A DNA stretch of 64,000 bases from IMG/VR virus record IMGVR_UViG_3300027759_000045, positions 124,001-188,000 of that record, one strand, 5' to 3'. The notes beneath the pieces were generated by a model. The model did no database searches, was not told the DNA's origin, and saw only the letters and a list, made by a program, of their open reading frames with translations. A program made the translations under genes and the position numbers. Below are positions 34,625 to 48,700 of this stretch, piece after piece. Position 1 is the first letter of the stretch. Each line of letters opens with the position of its first letter.

Positions 34625-35908
34625 TTAATTAATTTTTACAATTGCTTCTACTGTGCCTTGCTCAGTGGATGCCTTGTTGTCCAAGGATCTGCCAATAACA
34701 TTAAACGCTGTAGCTTCGCCAGGTTGAGCGGCTCGAGCAAGTCCGTTGCCGGCAGATACCAGCCTATCTCCTTTGCGTACAACACCGATGGTGTTGACCG
34801 GAACGCGACCTGTCATCGCAACAGGGGGGTGAGTTTCGTCAGTTCCAGCAACGGCATTCATTAAATAGGCTGCTCGTGTACTTATGACTCCAAACACACT
34901 TTCGCTTAATTCGTCGGTAACTCTGGTAATTTCGTTGGCGCCGCCTAGTTCAACCACTGTTCCTGCTGTCAACACTTCATCAGCGGCAAAGCGTTCTGCA
35001 ACGTCAGCGTAGTTGGCATAGATGCCGTTTGCACCCGACACAATACCAGTTGCACCATTGATCAACATTACCTGTGTTGGTGTACCTGCAATGTTGACAT
35101 TGAATGCAATGTTACCATTGGTAGTTTGATTATAAAGTATTGCCGCTGTTCCAGTGACACCAATACGGAAATCTTGATTTACACCAACTGCAAGTCCAGT
35201 ATTGTTTAACACACCAAACGTGCCTGTGGTAGTTTGATTGGTATTTCTTAACAAGAAGCCTGTTGAGTCAATACCGTCGAGCAATTGTGAATCTGTTGCT
35301 GTGCCCTGGAACAAGGGAACTTGTGCTCCTACCAGTGTGCTTAATGTAATGCCTGGGCGTACTGTTGTGAATCCTGTAAGCGGTACTTGTGGAGTAAACG
35401 CAGCATCTTTGCTGATAATGCCAACAATTGAATTTTCAACATACAATTCAATCACCACGTGACTGACAGAAGTGTTGTCTGTAATAGTAGCAACAATGGC
35501 ACCTGTGGTGCCTGTGCCTGCTGTGAACTGCGGACCAACCAACAAGAAGACAGTGCCTGTCCACACTTTTAACTGTGCATTTACAGTGTCATACCACAGA
35601 TCACCTGTCACATTGCCTGTTGGAGCAGTAGATGATGCGGTTGCGCCTGAAATAACTTTGAACGCAGCGCCACTGTAAACTTTCATCAATCCATTGGCTT
35701 TGTCCCACCAAAGTTGGCCGGTTAACGGCGCAGTTGGGGCAGTTGTGTTGGACGCATTCTCCAACAGGTGGATAAAGTTTTCGTCTAAAAATTCACCGTA
35801 GCCAGCGTAATTTTTACCAACTAGTACCATGTTACTAGAAGTGTTAATGGTACCATCTGCAATAGTAGCAAACAAGGTACCGTCAGTTAGATTGATTGTA
35901 TATGCCAT
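34625..35908 (-). CDS. Tail fibre/spike-like protein with C-terminal autocleaving-chaperone-like domain
   Basis: LVGKNYAGYGE..ENF..LLE N-terminus, G.LW[WY]D repeats and LDGIDS. The C-terminal YADVAERF...GVIST...PVAMTGRVPV resembles peptidase G2-type chaperones. Confidence 0.7.
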   Translation of the reverse strand: MAYTINLTDGTLFATIADGTINTSSNMVLVGKNYAGYGEFLDENFIHLLENASNTTAPTAPLTGQLWWDKANGLMKVYSGAAFKVISGATASSTAPTGNVTGDLWYDTVNAQLKVWTGTVFLLVGPQFTAGTGTTGAIVATITDNTSVSHVVIELYVENSIVGIISKDAAFTPQVPLTGFTTVRPGITLSTLVGAQVPLFQGTATDSQLLDGIDSTGFLLRNTNQTTTGTFGVLNNTGLAVGVNQDFRIGVTGTAAILYNQTTNGNIAFNVNIAGTPTQVMLINGATGIVSGANGIYANYADVAERFAADEVLTAGTVVELGGANEITRVTDELSESVFGVISTRAAYLMNAVAGTDETHPPVAMTGRVPVNTIGVVRKGDRLVSAGNGLARAAQPGEATAFNVIGRSLDNKASTEQGTVEAIVKIN

Positions 35909-35930
35909 TTGTGTCTTACTCCGTTAATTG

Positions 35931-35963
35931 TATTTATAATGCAATTATATCTCTATATTTATG
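35931..35963 (-). promoter_or_regulatory. T4-like late promoters TATAAATA (35931-35938) and CATAAATA (35956-35963)
   Basis: Exact T4 late consensus upstream of SD GGAG and ATG 35908. Confidence 0.7.
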
Positions 35964-36579
35964 CCGCACTAAGGTTTGTCAATGTCTGGATACGAATTGT
36001 GTAATCAATCTGTATCTGTCTATTCAAACTCTTTTGCACTGGATGAAATATTACATGGGTGATAAGACGCAAATTATCTGCTGATCCATTCCATGTTTTA
36101 AGCCCTAATTCGTCAAACACGTACTCACCGTTGAAGTTTGTACTGTTATCAAATGCCTGTTGTCCGGCTGGTTCGCCATAGTCCAACAAACATGTTACTA
36201 AAATATCTGTGTAAACTTTACCAGATGTGTGTAGCACTGTCATTTTATTGTTGGCAGTGTCAGTGTCGGCAGCAGAGTTGTCATCGACCACTTTGGCATA
36301 AGTTTCATTATACAATGCGGCATTTTGTCCTGTTGTGTTGGGCGGCAAATAGGTAATAATACCTGTGGGGTCCACACTGGATCCACCGTTGCCAAATGCC
36401 ATTTCATATATCCAGCCGCCGCCCTGGGCACTTGTGCGATTGCTCAGCGTTTGTGCCATGGCATAGGATATATTTTCGTAGTGTATTGCGTTCTTTTTAT
36501 CTACCAGTACTTCGCCAGTGACTGGGTTGTGGATTTTTACAAATCCTTCAATTTTGGCTAGTCCGGGCTGAATTATCAT
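35959..36579 (-). CDS. Virion structural protein (baseplate/fibre-attachment-like)
   Basis: MAFGNGG, LDYGEP, FDELGL and THVIFHPVQKS motifs; position within the tail module. Confidence 0.65.
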   Translation of the reverse strand: MIIQPGLAKIEGFVKIHNPVTGEVLVDKKNAIHYENISYAMAQTLSNRTSAQGGGWIYEMAFGNGGSSVDPTGIITYLPPNTTGQNAALYNETYAKVVDDNSAADTDTANNKMTVLHTSGKVYTDILVTCLLDYGEPAGQQAFDNSTNFNGEYVFDELGLKTWNGSADNLRLITHVIFHPVQKSLNRQIQIDYTIRIQTLTNLSAA

Positions 36580-36713
36580 GCTCGCTTCTCCACTATAACT
36601 TCCTTGGTTTTTGGGTCAAAAATACGAATATGTCCTTCAACAGAGATGGATCCTGTTTCAGTGGGTTTCTTAGCCGGTGTTGGTGGCTGTTGAGGTCGTG
36701 CGCTTTGATTCAT
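36576..36713 (-). CDS. 45-aa protein resembling the N-terminus of the downstream structural protein (not in ORF track)
   Basis: Hand translation MNQSARPQQPPTPAKKPTETGSISVEGHIRIFDPKTKEVIVEKRA*. ATGA overlap downstream, TAAATA promoter upstream. Confidence 0.75.
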   Translation of the reverse strand: MNQSARPQQPPTPAKKPTETGSISVEGHIRIFDPKTKEVIVEKRA

Positions 36714-36717
36714 ACTT

Positions 36718-36725
36718 TATTTATC
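36718..36725 (-). promoter_or_regulatory. Putative late promoter GATAAATA
   Basis: TAAATA lies 4 nt before ATG 36713. Confidence 0.6.
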
Positions 36726-36729
36726 TTGT

Positions 36730-39700
36730 TTAATCACCCCGTAAAAACCTTGCGGCCTGTGTTTCGGTGTCTTGCAATGCCACACCGTTGCTGGCTGTGC
36801 CTGCGCCGGGAGCATACCAGGTCACGCCTCTACGCACTAGAATAGTTACCTCAACTCCTTCTGGAGGTGCAACTTCGAACAATACAGCCACTGGGTTAGT
36901 AGATATAACACTAAATCCTGAAATTAATTGTATGCCACCAACATATACCTCAACCTGATTAGTTGGGTCGCCGGCGCCATAATCATAAGAACCGGGCTCT
37001 CCAGTCACAGTGCCAACATCATACGGTAGAAAATCGAATCCCTCAGCACTATCATACGTCAGAGTAATATTTGGTGCATAGAATATTGTGTCTGTTCCAT
37101 TTGCAATTATGGAATCACTAACAATGTAATTCTGAAACTGTGGTGGCAGTAAATTGCCACGTCCAATATTGTACACATCTGTGTCAGTTGCATGGTCTGC
37201 AACGCCTGTGCCAGCTGTGCCTCTGCGCAGTCCACTGACTGTGTTGGCCGCAGTGTCACGGTTACGATACATGATACGTTCACCATTTACAGTTAGTAAT
37301 CCCCATATGTTTGTTGCCAAATTGGGTTCATTCAGTGCAGCCGCATTGTGTACATAAATGATGTCATCGGTGGTACTGAGTGGTTCTACTAGATATGTGG
37401 TAGTAGCAGGAGTAATACGGTATGTTGCTTGCACTCCGCGCATGTCTTGGAATATGCGGAATGCCATTGCTTCGGGTGCAATGCTGTCAGTAAACTCAGT
37501 GATCATCACCACATCTGTGGCAGACATGACATAACCGTTGGCCAACACTATTGTGTTGTCAACAATAGTAAATCCATCGTTAACAAATATCTGGAGTCCA
37601 TTCAGTGTTACCCACAAGCGTTCAGGGTTAAGAATTGTTCTATTCAGATATAAATTATTGCGTGTAACACTTTGCACTATGGAATAATCATACGATCCAG
37701 ATTCATTGGTTACTAGTCCAACATCATAATCAGTAGTATCGTAAGGCTCCACAGCTAATGCAGTTCCAGATTCAGGACCAACATAAACTTGTGTTAGTAT
37801 ATCTTGTTGACGAGTATCATTCCAACTGGTCACTGCAATGATGTCACCATTAGATGGGATCATTCCAGTAAATGTATTGAATAACAATTGAGTGCCAACA
37901 ACTGATGCTTGTGTGCCTGTTGTGACATAAATTAAAATCTTTTCGCCTAAGGTCAATGTCTCAGTGAACATTACAGCACGTGGAGTGACAGGATCATACG
38001 GCTCAACTACAAAGTCTACTCCCAACACTTGCGGAATATTATTTACATACACATGAACTTCGTTGTTTGCAATAAGTGATTGTGAAAAACCCAGTCGTTG
38101 TGGTAACAGATAATCTGTTGTGCCGTCTGCTAGATATTCAATGCCTGCAGAAGTTCTAGCACGGACACCATTAAAAGTAACAACTATGTTGTCTGGGTTG
38201 GTGTACTCCATGCTGTTGGTCAAGTCGTACTCTAGTACACCTGACACACCTGTAATATACTGTGTAACTGGCACAGACCAACTGTAATCAATTTCGGTGC
38301 CATCTATTGTGGTTGGACCAATGGCACTGATCATCAGGTAATCATTGATACTGTAAGGTACAGCAAACACCACTTCAGTGCTGGTAGTACTGTAAGGCAC
38401 AAATGTGTAATCTGTGGTCAATTCGCCATTGGCAAAAATTACAAATTGGGTAATCAACGAGTACTCCACTGGTACCACAACTGAACTGCCAATTTCTGCG
38501 CCATTGTACGACCGCTTGAACAGTTGATTACCGCCGCCAATTTCATACAAGGTGATTGCTATTTCGCTGCCAACCGACACACCGGAATTCAAGGTGATAG
38601 TTTGTTCTGCCCAGTTTGCTGTGTAATCCACGTCAACGATCAAGTTGAGCCCTAGAGTTTGATTTGCAACTAACATTGTTGCAGGAACAGGAGCAATGCC
38701 AGCAAAACTTAAAGTTTCACCTGCTGAGGTAACTGTAAATTTGCGTACTTCTATACGGAAACCGTGACCGTCACGTGCCCAGTCAGCCCCTGGTGTGGTG
38801 TAAACACGCATGTCAAGTGTGTCAAATTCACTACCGGGCACCAGCTCTTCGGGTGCATAGCTGCTGAACACATCAATGTATTCACCGCCTTCAACGTTGA
38901 TACTAGTTGGTCGTGTGCCCAGGTAAGGATCTGTGTATGGACTTTCAAAGATAGTGTCCAGTATGGACTGATCAAATGTTGGACGACCTTCTGGTCCATA
39001 TGTTAAGTTATCAAACGGGGTTGAATCAAACGGTGCTACATCAAACCCAGGATATTGGTCGTAACCAACACCAAACACCTGCACACCTGGATACTCAACG
39101 CCATCAATCAACAATGGTAAACTCAATCCAGGCTGATTAACAGTGGGGGTGTAAAAGCCCATGGTACGATCAACACCGGACAGTGTGCTGGCACTTACTA
39201 AGGTCCAGTTGGTTGGATCAAATGTAGCACTTTGAACTCCAAAACTATCATCACTGGTTGCTTGCCACACACGGTTTGCATATCTAACTTGTGTTCCATC
39301 TTCGTAGGTTACATTTGGTTGCCATTCTTGAATAGTGGACACGTACTGGTATCTGTCATATTTCATTGTGGTTTTTATCTGACGTACCAGGTCGTTGCCC
39401 ATGACCACTGCCGCAGTGGCGCCAGATCCATTGCCACCTACAAAAGTTATGATTGGAGTAGTAATGTACCCACTACCGTAATTCACAATGTCAATACTTA
39501 CTATTTGTCCTGCACTGTTGACAATAGCAGTCATTTCTGCAGGAATGACAGCGTCACCAGTGATGGTAATTGTTGGCGTGACAGTGTATCCTGAACCAGT
39601 GTTGGTGATAACAACCGACTGAACTGTTAACGTGTAGTTATTATACCAGTCTGCCCAAGGAGTTTCTGCCCATATCTCAGCGTTTGATGCAGTATCTGCA

Positions 39701-42700
39701 TTGGGGTTGGTTGGACTGTTTGCAGTTGACTGTGTGTATGGCAACAGTACCGGTGCAATAAATTGAGGTACAGTTAAGGTTTCATCAAAGAACGCAGGAT
39801 TATCAAAGTCAGTCAATGCACCTGGATACTCATCGTTGCCAGTGTACTGCAAGTTGAACTCACGAATTTGTACATGATACGGTTTGACTTCTTGAATGTA
39901 ATTTAATACAAAGTCCTGATTGTCTTGACGATATGACTGGTACGGCAGCAACGAACGAATTTTATGGTTAACATCAATCAGACTGGTTTTTAGCAGCCAT
40001 CCTGGCGCAGAAAACTCACTCATGACAAACTCAAACATCAACATCAATGAACGATTACGATTGATTGCTAATTCGTCAATGAACAATTGCTGATTGACTG
40101 CCTGAACAATCTTGCGTGTTTCAATCACTGGTTCCTGATCGAAGTACTGTGCATCAAACACTTCGACGTCGAATCCAAAATTACCAAGTGAGTAATTCCA
40201 TAACGTTGCACTGAACTCAATGGTTCCGTCTTCAAGTCCCACGCGATCCCAACTTGTCAGTGTACGCTGATAAATTTCAAATTTACCTGCAGGTGCATTA
40301 GTTACTTTGACACTTGAGCCAACAGGTGCAACAGTGAATGTTATCCCGGATAGTTCTGCATAATTTGTAACAGTGGCAACAGGATTCACTGTGCTGTTGT
40401 AACCAGGCGTATACCAATTGATATAACTCCAATAACGGCTGGTATCGTAATTTTGTACACGTATTAGTCTGAGTTCTTTGGATCCAACTAGCGGTCCAGT
40501 AACAACATCATATATGGTCCAGAAGCCAAAGTTGCTGGAGTCTGTTGCTACCAAATATCGATAACCGTAGGGCACAACCGATAAGTTTTGGTAACCCAGT
40601 TCTGTCAAGTCAGCAACACGTGAGTTCCAATTGACAAATGTAGCAGTGCCTGTGCCTTCACCTGGACCGGTGGCCACAAACAAAACTCCAATTGTGTTAC
40701 TGGCTGCTCCGATTGCAGTAAAATTAGTAGTGCCAACATACGAAATTGTGTAGGTGTCACCGGTGTTGAATGTTCCAGCATAGTATGTCTGAGTTGCAGT
40801 TGGTTCAGCATCTTTACTGTTCAACAGTGTAAAACTCTTTGTTTCAGATATTGGATAATTTGCCAGTATTCGGTTGGCATATCCAAAATAGTTTTTCAAT
40901 GCTGCAAATCGATCAACAAACATGCTTTGTCGAGGTCTAAACTCAACACCGTAACGTTCTGCAGGACTTAGACTGGGATCTGGTACCTGAGACCCCAAGG
41001 CGTTGATGCCACTCAGACTATCTTGTAATTTTAAATACAAGCCAGCACTTAAGAAACTGTCAGCAACACCATCTGCAATCAATTCGTATTCTTGGTGTAC
41101 ATTGTCATCATTTTTAATACGGTCATACTCAATGTGCAAGATTGTATCTTGCGCACTGATCAAACTGATCACATTATAAATTGCAACAGTGCTGGCATTC
41201 AGTGGTGCCAGGTAAGAAATTCCACTGGCACGCGGATTAAAAATGTAATTGGCAATGGCATTTGTGCTTAATTTTTTGTTTGCTACGGTGGCCACTGTGG
41301 ATATATTACGTACCCAGAAATAATAACGAGTTGCAAAAATATTATCAGTATTAAGCTCAGAACGGGCTGTGTAACTCAACACACTCAGCGGAGTGCCTGG
41401 TCCTGCGTAGGCGGCAGGTGTTACATCACTTTCAATCCACTGATAAATGTCTACACTACTGCCCGGAAACGTCTGACTCCATCGACGACTTGCATATACA
41501 ATATCATCTTGATTGGGATCAATAAAGCGTACTGAATTAGTGTCCCACCAAATTTCTCCAATTCTTGCGGCAGCCCAGGGATTGCCAACGTTGCGTATAG
41601 GACCAATATTGTAATTGGCAGGATCCACTGCACCAATGTAATCAATGTTTTCTCTTGCAACACCAAGAATTTTACCTTGCAATGGATCAATAAAATCCAA
41701 ATACGATGTAATAGTGGATTCTAACTTGTCATACATGTAAACAGAATTTAACAATGCAATATCAACCACTGGCTGTTGTACATGTTTCACTGTCCAGGCC
41801 GGTGTTCTGTTGGCATTTTCAAACACGCTGACACGGCCATAGTTGGCATTACTGCTGTCTCCAAAATCACTTCCGGGTGATCCAATCAATAATCTGCCTG
41901 TCACATAGCTGACAGCAGTGCCGTATTGGTCCAGTTCAACAATGTTGTTGTCGTACATTTGTTGTCCAAATACAAATTGTCCTGGGTTAGTGACAGAATC
42001 AGTTGCGCTTGGAAGATAATCAAATGTGTATGTTACACCACTTTGCACGACCACAGTGGAGAACACTGTACTACGGTCGTCAAAATAAGTTGTGTTGTCA
42101 TCAAATGTAACTGGTTGGTACAAGTTACCTCTTGGCGCACCAACCACCAGGGTTGTTGCGGTTGTATCGATAACTACTTCAGCACCAAAATTTGCATCAA
42201 CAGTTGGTGCAGGGCTTGTTATGGTCTGTGTATAAACATAATCCACAAATCCAAAGTCAGCAAATACTGTTCCAACTACACCTGGCAGCACAGTTAACCG
42301 TGTGTTTGATAACACAGCCGCTGAATTTATAACATTCAGTGTTAATATTCCCTGTACCACACGTATGGTAGATTGTGCAGTGGGAGCGGTAATAAAACTA
42401 ATAATGCCAGTGCTGTTGTTGTACGTGTAATCAGTGTTAAAAATTTGCACTACGTTATCAACATACACCAATGGATTGTAAATGGCATATTTTGAATAAG
42501 TTACGCCAATGTCATATGTTTTTACAGCACCGTTGCTGACAAAGAATAGATCGCCTGCGGCAGAGGCTCGTACATTAGGCACACCAACGCCTTCGTTGGC
42601 AGTGTTAATGGCAGTAACTAGCCCGGCCACAGTGTTATTGGGACTAGCTGGTATTGCTATTTCATAGTTGTCAATACGCAGTGTGTCGCCACTTGTTAAC

Positions 42701-45700
42701 ACAGGGTTTGGAATCTGAGATGATATTACTCCGTACACACGAGATTGATTTACACTGCGTTGTACACTGCCGGCGCCCGGTAACACTGTGCCATCAATTG
42801 GTGCGCCAATGTAGATACTACAATTATTTGAGCACAGGTCAACTGAACTACCAAAACTTGCTTGATCAAATGGGGTGTTGATTGTGATCTGTTGTACTAA
42901 CTGGAAAATATTGCTTTCAATTTCAATTATGTCGCCCACTGCTAATGTTACAGTATCTTCCAATATTACGTTGCCGCCGGCGACTGTAAATTGTCCGCCC
43001 AATATTTGATCAGCATCTGTCAAGAACGCATTATTAAGCGTCACAGATACCGGAGTGTTGTATCCAGCGGGCAGTGCAAAAGTTGTCACGTCTGTTTCGC
43101 CAATGCCAACCTGATATCTTGCAACACTGCGATCGTACACGTATGTGCTGCCATTGATTAAAGAATTGTTTACATCTGTTGGTGCACCAATTACTATTTG
43201 TTGTCCATCTGTTGCTGTTGCTACACTTGTTCCAAATCCAGAACCTGCTGGACCAGTTATAGTTTCAACATACATGAAATATGAACCGGTTTCAACATCA
43301 ATCTTGACACCGGCAGCTGGTACTGTAACAAAAGTTAATGTGGTTCCTGCAAATGTGTAATCAAGATAGGGACGTTGTAGTACGTTGCTAACTTTGACAT
43401 TGAACGAATTCAGATTTGTAGCAGTGTACAATGTTGTGCTTAGATCAAACACAGATGTATTTGAAATCCCTGCACCAGAATATGTAAATTCAGTAATTGC
43501 CCCAAGCCCGTCAACTGCTGTTACCGTAATAATTAAATCATTTGCAGGTGATGTGCCGCCACCAATGGTGGCTGCGTTAATTGTAAGTGTGTCCCCATCT
43601 GCGTAGAATGCACCACGACTGGTTATGGTAGGGGTGTATGTTCCACGAATTCTCTCAACTGTGAACATTGCAAGTATACCAGAACCGTCTGTGGAGTCTT
43701 GTTCAACATCATAGTACGTGTTGGAATCCAGTGATGACAGCATGTTTCGTATTATCACAATTGGCAAATCTTGAAGCGGCGGAGTAGTAAATATTACTGA
43801 TGTCGAGTTTAAATTATAATCAACTCCGTACTGCTGGGTAGCGTTGTTGACCAGCACAGTGATCTGACCTGGGTGTACTAGATCAAACACTAAATTATCA
43901 CTGTAATTAAATGTAGTAGTCGCGCTGTTACCAATGTACGTGACTTCTTGAATTTCTAAATCAACACGACCATATGCATACACTGCGTCTTGATCTGGTG
44001 CACCAATGTATGCCCAACGTTCATCTCGGCTGATTGCTACAGCAGATCCAAAACTGCCAGCACTGGTCAGATAATCTGGTGCAATCAACAGTTGCGTTTG
44101 TAGGAATTCATTGCTGGCAGGTGCTCGATACAGTATCACTGCATACCCAGCACCGCTGTTGCTTTGAGGAGCGCCAACAATGGCCCAAGATTGGTAACCA
44201 ATATCCAATGCACTGCCATATCCTGCTGTGTCGGCAGCTCCTAGTTGTATCAATGGGCTTGCTTCATACAAATTAAGTTGCCCACGCAGGTACGGGTAAA
44301 TTGCACCAACACCACTGTCGTACAATGGCGCACCAACCAATGCCGCAATGTTTTCGTATGCCTGAGCAACACTTGAACCATACCCACTGTTCAGCACTGG
44401 ATCAGTTGACTCAAGTGCATAGCCGGCTGCAAAAACATCTTGTTTTTCAAGCACTGTCCACAATCCAGCACCGTTGTTATCTACCCAGGCCATAGCACCC
44501 GGAATCAAGTCGTTGGCAAAAGACAACGTGCCAATGTCACTGGCTTGAGCAACACGCATGGTGTCAAGATAAAATCCTATTCCTGATCCAGTTATGACAG
44601 TTTGATTACCGTTCGGGAATGTGTACGCCACAGTAAGTGTGGTCGGAGTAGGCGTAGTCAGTACGCGATATACGCCGTTGAAGGCATCATTGAAGAATCG
44701 AACAATTAATATATCGCCTAGAGATAAATTATGTATCTGAGTGAATGACACTAGACTGGCACCATCAAGGTTGTCAGTCACACGAGTAATTCTGCCAGGT
44801 ACCTGGGTGGCACGATATATGTTCCAATCATAACTGTTGGTTTTGGCCACCCATATTTTTGTACCATTACCAATGGTGTCTAAGTTGGCAGCAATAGTAC
44901 CAGGATCATCCAAGGAAAATACTGTTATATCAACATCATTGATGTTGACGTAGCCTGCACTTGGCAACGCAGTGTCAGTTATTTGAGTAGTAGTAGTTGG
45001 CAAAAAGTCTGGGGAAGTTAATTTATAACTTTCGCGCCACACGTCATTCAACAACACAGTTTGGTTTGCCAAACTTGATTCACCAGGTTGAATTATCTGC
45101 ACAGTGGCTGGATCACTTTGTAACAATGGTTCGTTTAGTCGCAACTCAACATAACTGCGATTTGCGTTTGCTCCGTATGTGCCGCGTAGCACTGCCCAGT
45201 TTTCGTAGATTTGATAATCTGCAGACTCTTTTTCAAGGCGGGCACCAGTGAACAACTCAGCACTTAGTATTGTTCCTTTGGCACCAATAAATTGTTGGTA
45301 CAGGTTAACTTGACTGACATCGTCAAGATTCAACGCAACCATATACTCTCTTGGCTGGAATCCGATTAATCCAAAACTCAATAGATCGTTATCGCCTTCA
45401 AGGTTTGCAGTTTGTGTGTTGTAACTGTTCTCCAACTGGTCTGCTTTGTTTGCAATGTTGGGCAACAGGCCTTTTTGTATCTTGGTATAGTCACTCTTGA
45501 CCCAGTCAGAATAGGCAAATTCTCGCTTGGGCTGAATAATATCCTGTGCAGACCAATAGAGGTTTTTGTACAGAACAATTTCGCCCTTGGCATACTTGAT
45601 ATTCGGCGCCCATTCTTTCACATTGTCTCGGTTAAGCACAAAGCCTTGTGCATTTAATGTGCCGTTCCATTCGGTGGTTGTAATAGCACTGACGTAGACA

Positions 45701-48700
45701 CGATTCTGTCGTGCGCCAGTGGGAGGATTATAAATTAAGTCGGCAAAAACACTGACGTTGTTGAGTATTACAATGTCTTCGTAGTTAACAAATTGTAATT
45801 TAACATAAGAAATTGCCTGGTTGTTTGTGCCATTTATTGTGAATCTGTTTTCTAATCGTTCAATTACCAAATTTCTAGCATCAAACGGCGTACGATTTTG
45901 ATCCAGCAACATGTTTTCTGGATTCTGCACACTGATGCTGTCAACCACTGCTCCGGGTCGGTCAGCAGTCAATTGCAGTGCGGCTGGATTTAAATTGATT
46001 AAACTGTTGACAGCCCAGCCTTGGTTTGCCCAATAAAGAAACTCGCTGGCCATCTGTTTCCAGTCCAGCGTGTAGCCGTTTTCTCGTGTGTCGAACACTA
46101 GACCCTGAGTGGTCAAGTATTGTCCATAGCTCAACAAGAAGTCAACCACACTTGATTGGTTGGTGAATACAAATCCATATGGAACTTGTACAATATCATT
46201 TGTGTATTGCCGCGGAACACGCACTGTGCTGCCGCCGGCGCTGATAGTTTGTAACTCGCCACTGGCGCGACTTGCATAAATGTCAAAGTACGGATCAGTT
46301 GTGCTGTAGCCAAATACTGCATATCCTGTATCAGTCGATTGAACAATCACTGCACTGTATGCCACACTGGCAAACGGTGAGTTTTTATACAACATCAAGT
46401 CATAACTTTCGTCGGGCAACAGTAAACTTGAATTCAAACTGTTAGGACTAGAACGTTCTGTGTATATTTTGAGATATTGTTTATCTGTGAAACTTGCAGT
46501 TCTCCAACACAACCGCACGTCAAGATTTGCCAGTGCTTCTTCCAGTGCCTGTGTTGAATTGATACCCAGCTGTTGATTGTAGTCAACGATCCAGTTGATA
46601 TAACTGGCCTTGCTGACAGGTGTAACAACACCGGTTGATATGTTAACGTTGCCGCCGTATACCTGGACGCCACTGGCATCTAGTCGATATCGACCATTGT
46701 ACAAATACTGTTCAAATTCTGTACTGTACTTGTAAAGATCTCGGTCTGCAAACAAACTAAAGAATTTTGCTGGGCGTGTCAGTGCCAACAGGCGCATCAC
46801 AGCAAATGGATAACTACTGCTGGTCCACCATGCGGCCTCAACAGGGCCGCCGTCGCCAACAACCCAGCTCTTACGGAATGCATTGGGATTGTATTGTCCA
46901 ACCACACTGTCCAATGGAGCCAGTAACTGGCCTTCTGTGCCTGTGGGTATAAAATAAGTTGACAAGTTTGGTCTTACGAAGTCGGGTTTAATATAATATC
47001 CGTCTGGATCAGCAACAATACCCGCCTGTATATCGTCCCATAACACCAAGTTATCCTGTGTGTATGGCGCAGGGCCATAGCGTGTTTCCCACCATGCAGG
47101 CTGTTGGCTAAAGCCCAACATTTCCCACGGAGTATAATTGGGACTCAGTGTATCATAGAAATATCTACTGATGCCGCGCCAGGCTCCCAGTAATGGCAAA
47201 TCTTTTTCTTTATCGCCGGCTTGGCTATAGTTGTAGGTAAATGGGTTGTTGGCAATGTACTGCTGTGTTTTATAATCTAGTTTGTTTTGTCCTACCCAGG
47301 TCAAGAAACTTTCGCCTAGGATGGTTGTGATCTCGGCCTGCGTGTAATCAGTTGTGCGGAAATATCCTGGAATGACTTCTTCGGGTGGGATTGGTACTGG
47401 GTTACCTTCGGTCTTTAAATTGTTAAAAATTCTGCGTTCAAATTCCAATAAAATATCATCGCGCATGTCACCAAAGGCAGCGGTAATACTGCCATCATGC
47501 CCACGGATAACAACAGTTGGGTTTACATAGTTTTCATCCAGGAACATTTCAGGTTTGTATGCCTGATATAGACCCATTTTGGTAGGAGTATTAGGAACAT
47601 AATTTCCAGCAGTGTCTGCATATTCACGAACAGTAACTACATCGCCAACTGCCAACGGAACAGTGACAGTGAGTGTCGGTCCATCTGTTGCCACTGTGTA
47701 GTCATAGTTTAGTGTCAGCAGGGTGTTGTTCAAAAACACCAATAACCCTAAGAAGTTTGCAGAAGTAAACGAGTGTGTTTGTAGTGTGTCAAATATGCCA
47801 ACAGTGATCGGTGTCACTGTGTATACAGTGTCTGTGTAGACATTGCCACTGGGCAACATATCGCTGTAATAGAAACTGTTTACATTGGTTTTACCAATGT
47901 TTAAATCAGTAACCACAGAGTCAAGAATTTCGCTTGTTGTTAAATTGCCCCATTCGCCGCGAATGGTATTTTCTAACAGTCTGTTTTTAAACTTGGTGTA
48001 TTCTCTATCGTTAAACTCCATTGACTTAAATACGTTGTACTCACTGCTTCTCATAAAGAAGCCAGCCAGAGTCAATGGTGCGCTTTGTTCCAGTATAGTT
48101 GTGCCGTACCGACCAATGTTGCCTAGGTCTCGTGTGTTGTTTGCGCCGTTGATATCACCAGTGAAGGTAATTAAGTTTTCGGCAATACTTTCATAATGTG
48201 TTCGTATAGTGCCCAACGTAAAGTACGGACTGTTAACGTTAAACGGGTTATTTGCCAAGTTGATTGGCACTTGATAAAAACCATTGTCGCTTGGCTCCGT
48301 ACTTAATACCCGAACTTCAATGATTGATCCTGGCGTGTAGATGTTATTCAATACAATTGTGGTTGTAGCATTGGTTCTGGTTACTGTGTATTCTGCAGGC
48401 AGTATATACTTGTTGGCCACAAAAAGTTGTATTGGTGGAACAACTGTGTTCTCGGGTATATTGATATTGAATCGTAATGGAGATCCATCGTAGGTGAACT
48501 GAAATTGTTGACGAATCAAACTTGGAGTCGCAGCCACTTTCCAACCAAGTTCTCGTTCGTAGACGACTCGACTGGCATATTGATACGAGTAACCTTCACT
48601 TATATTAACAGTCTTCGAAGTGTTTTGTTCAGCATAGATAAACTGGTCTGTGTAAAAATTATTATCAAATACAATGTCACCAATGTTGTTTATACTTAGA

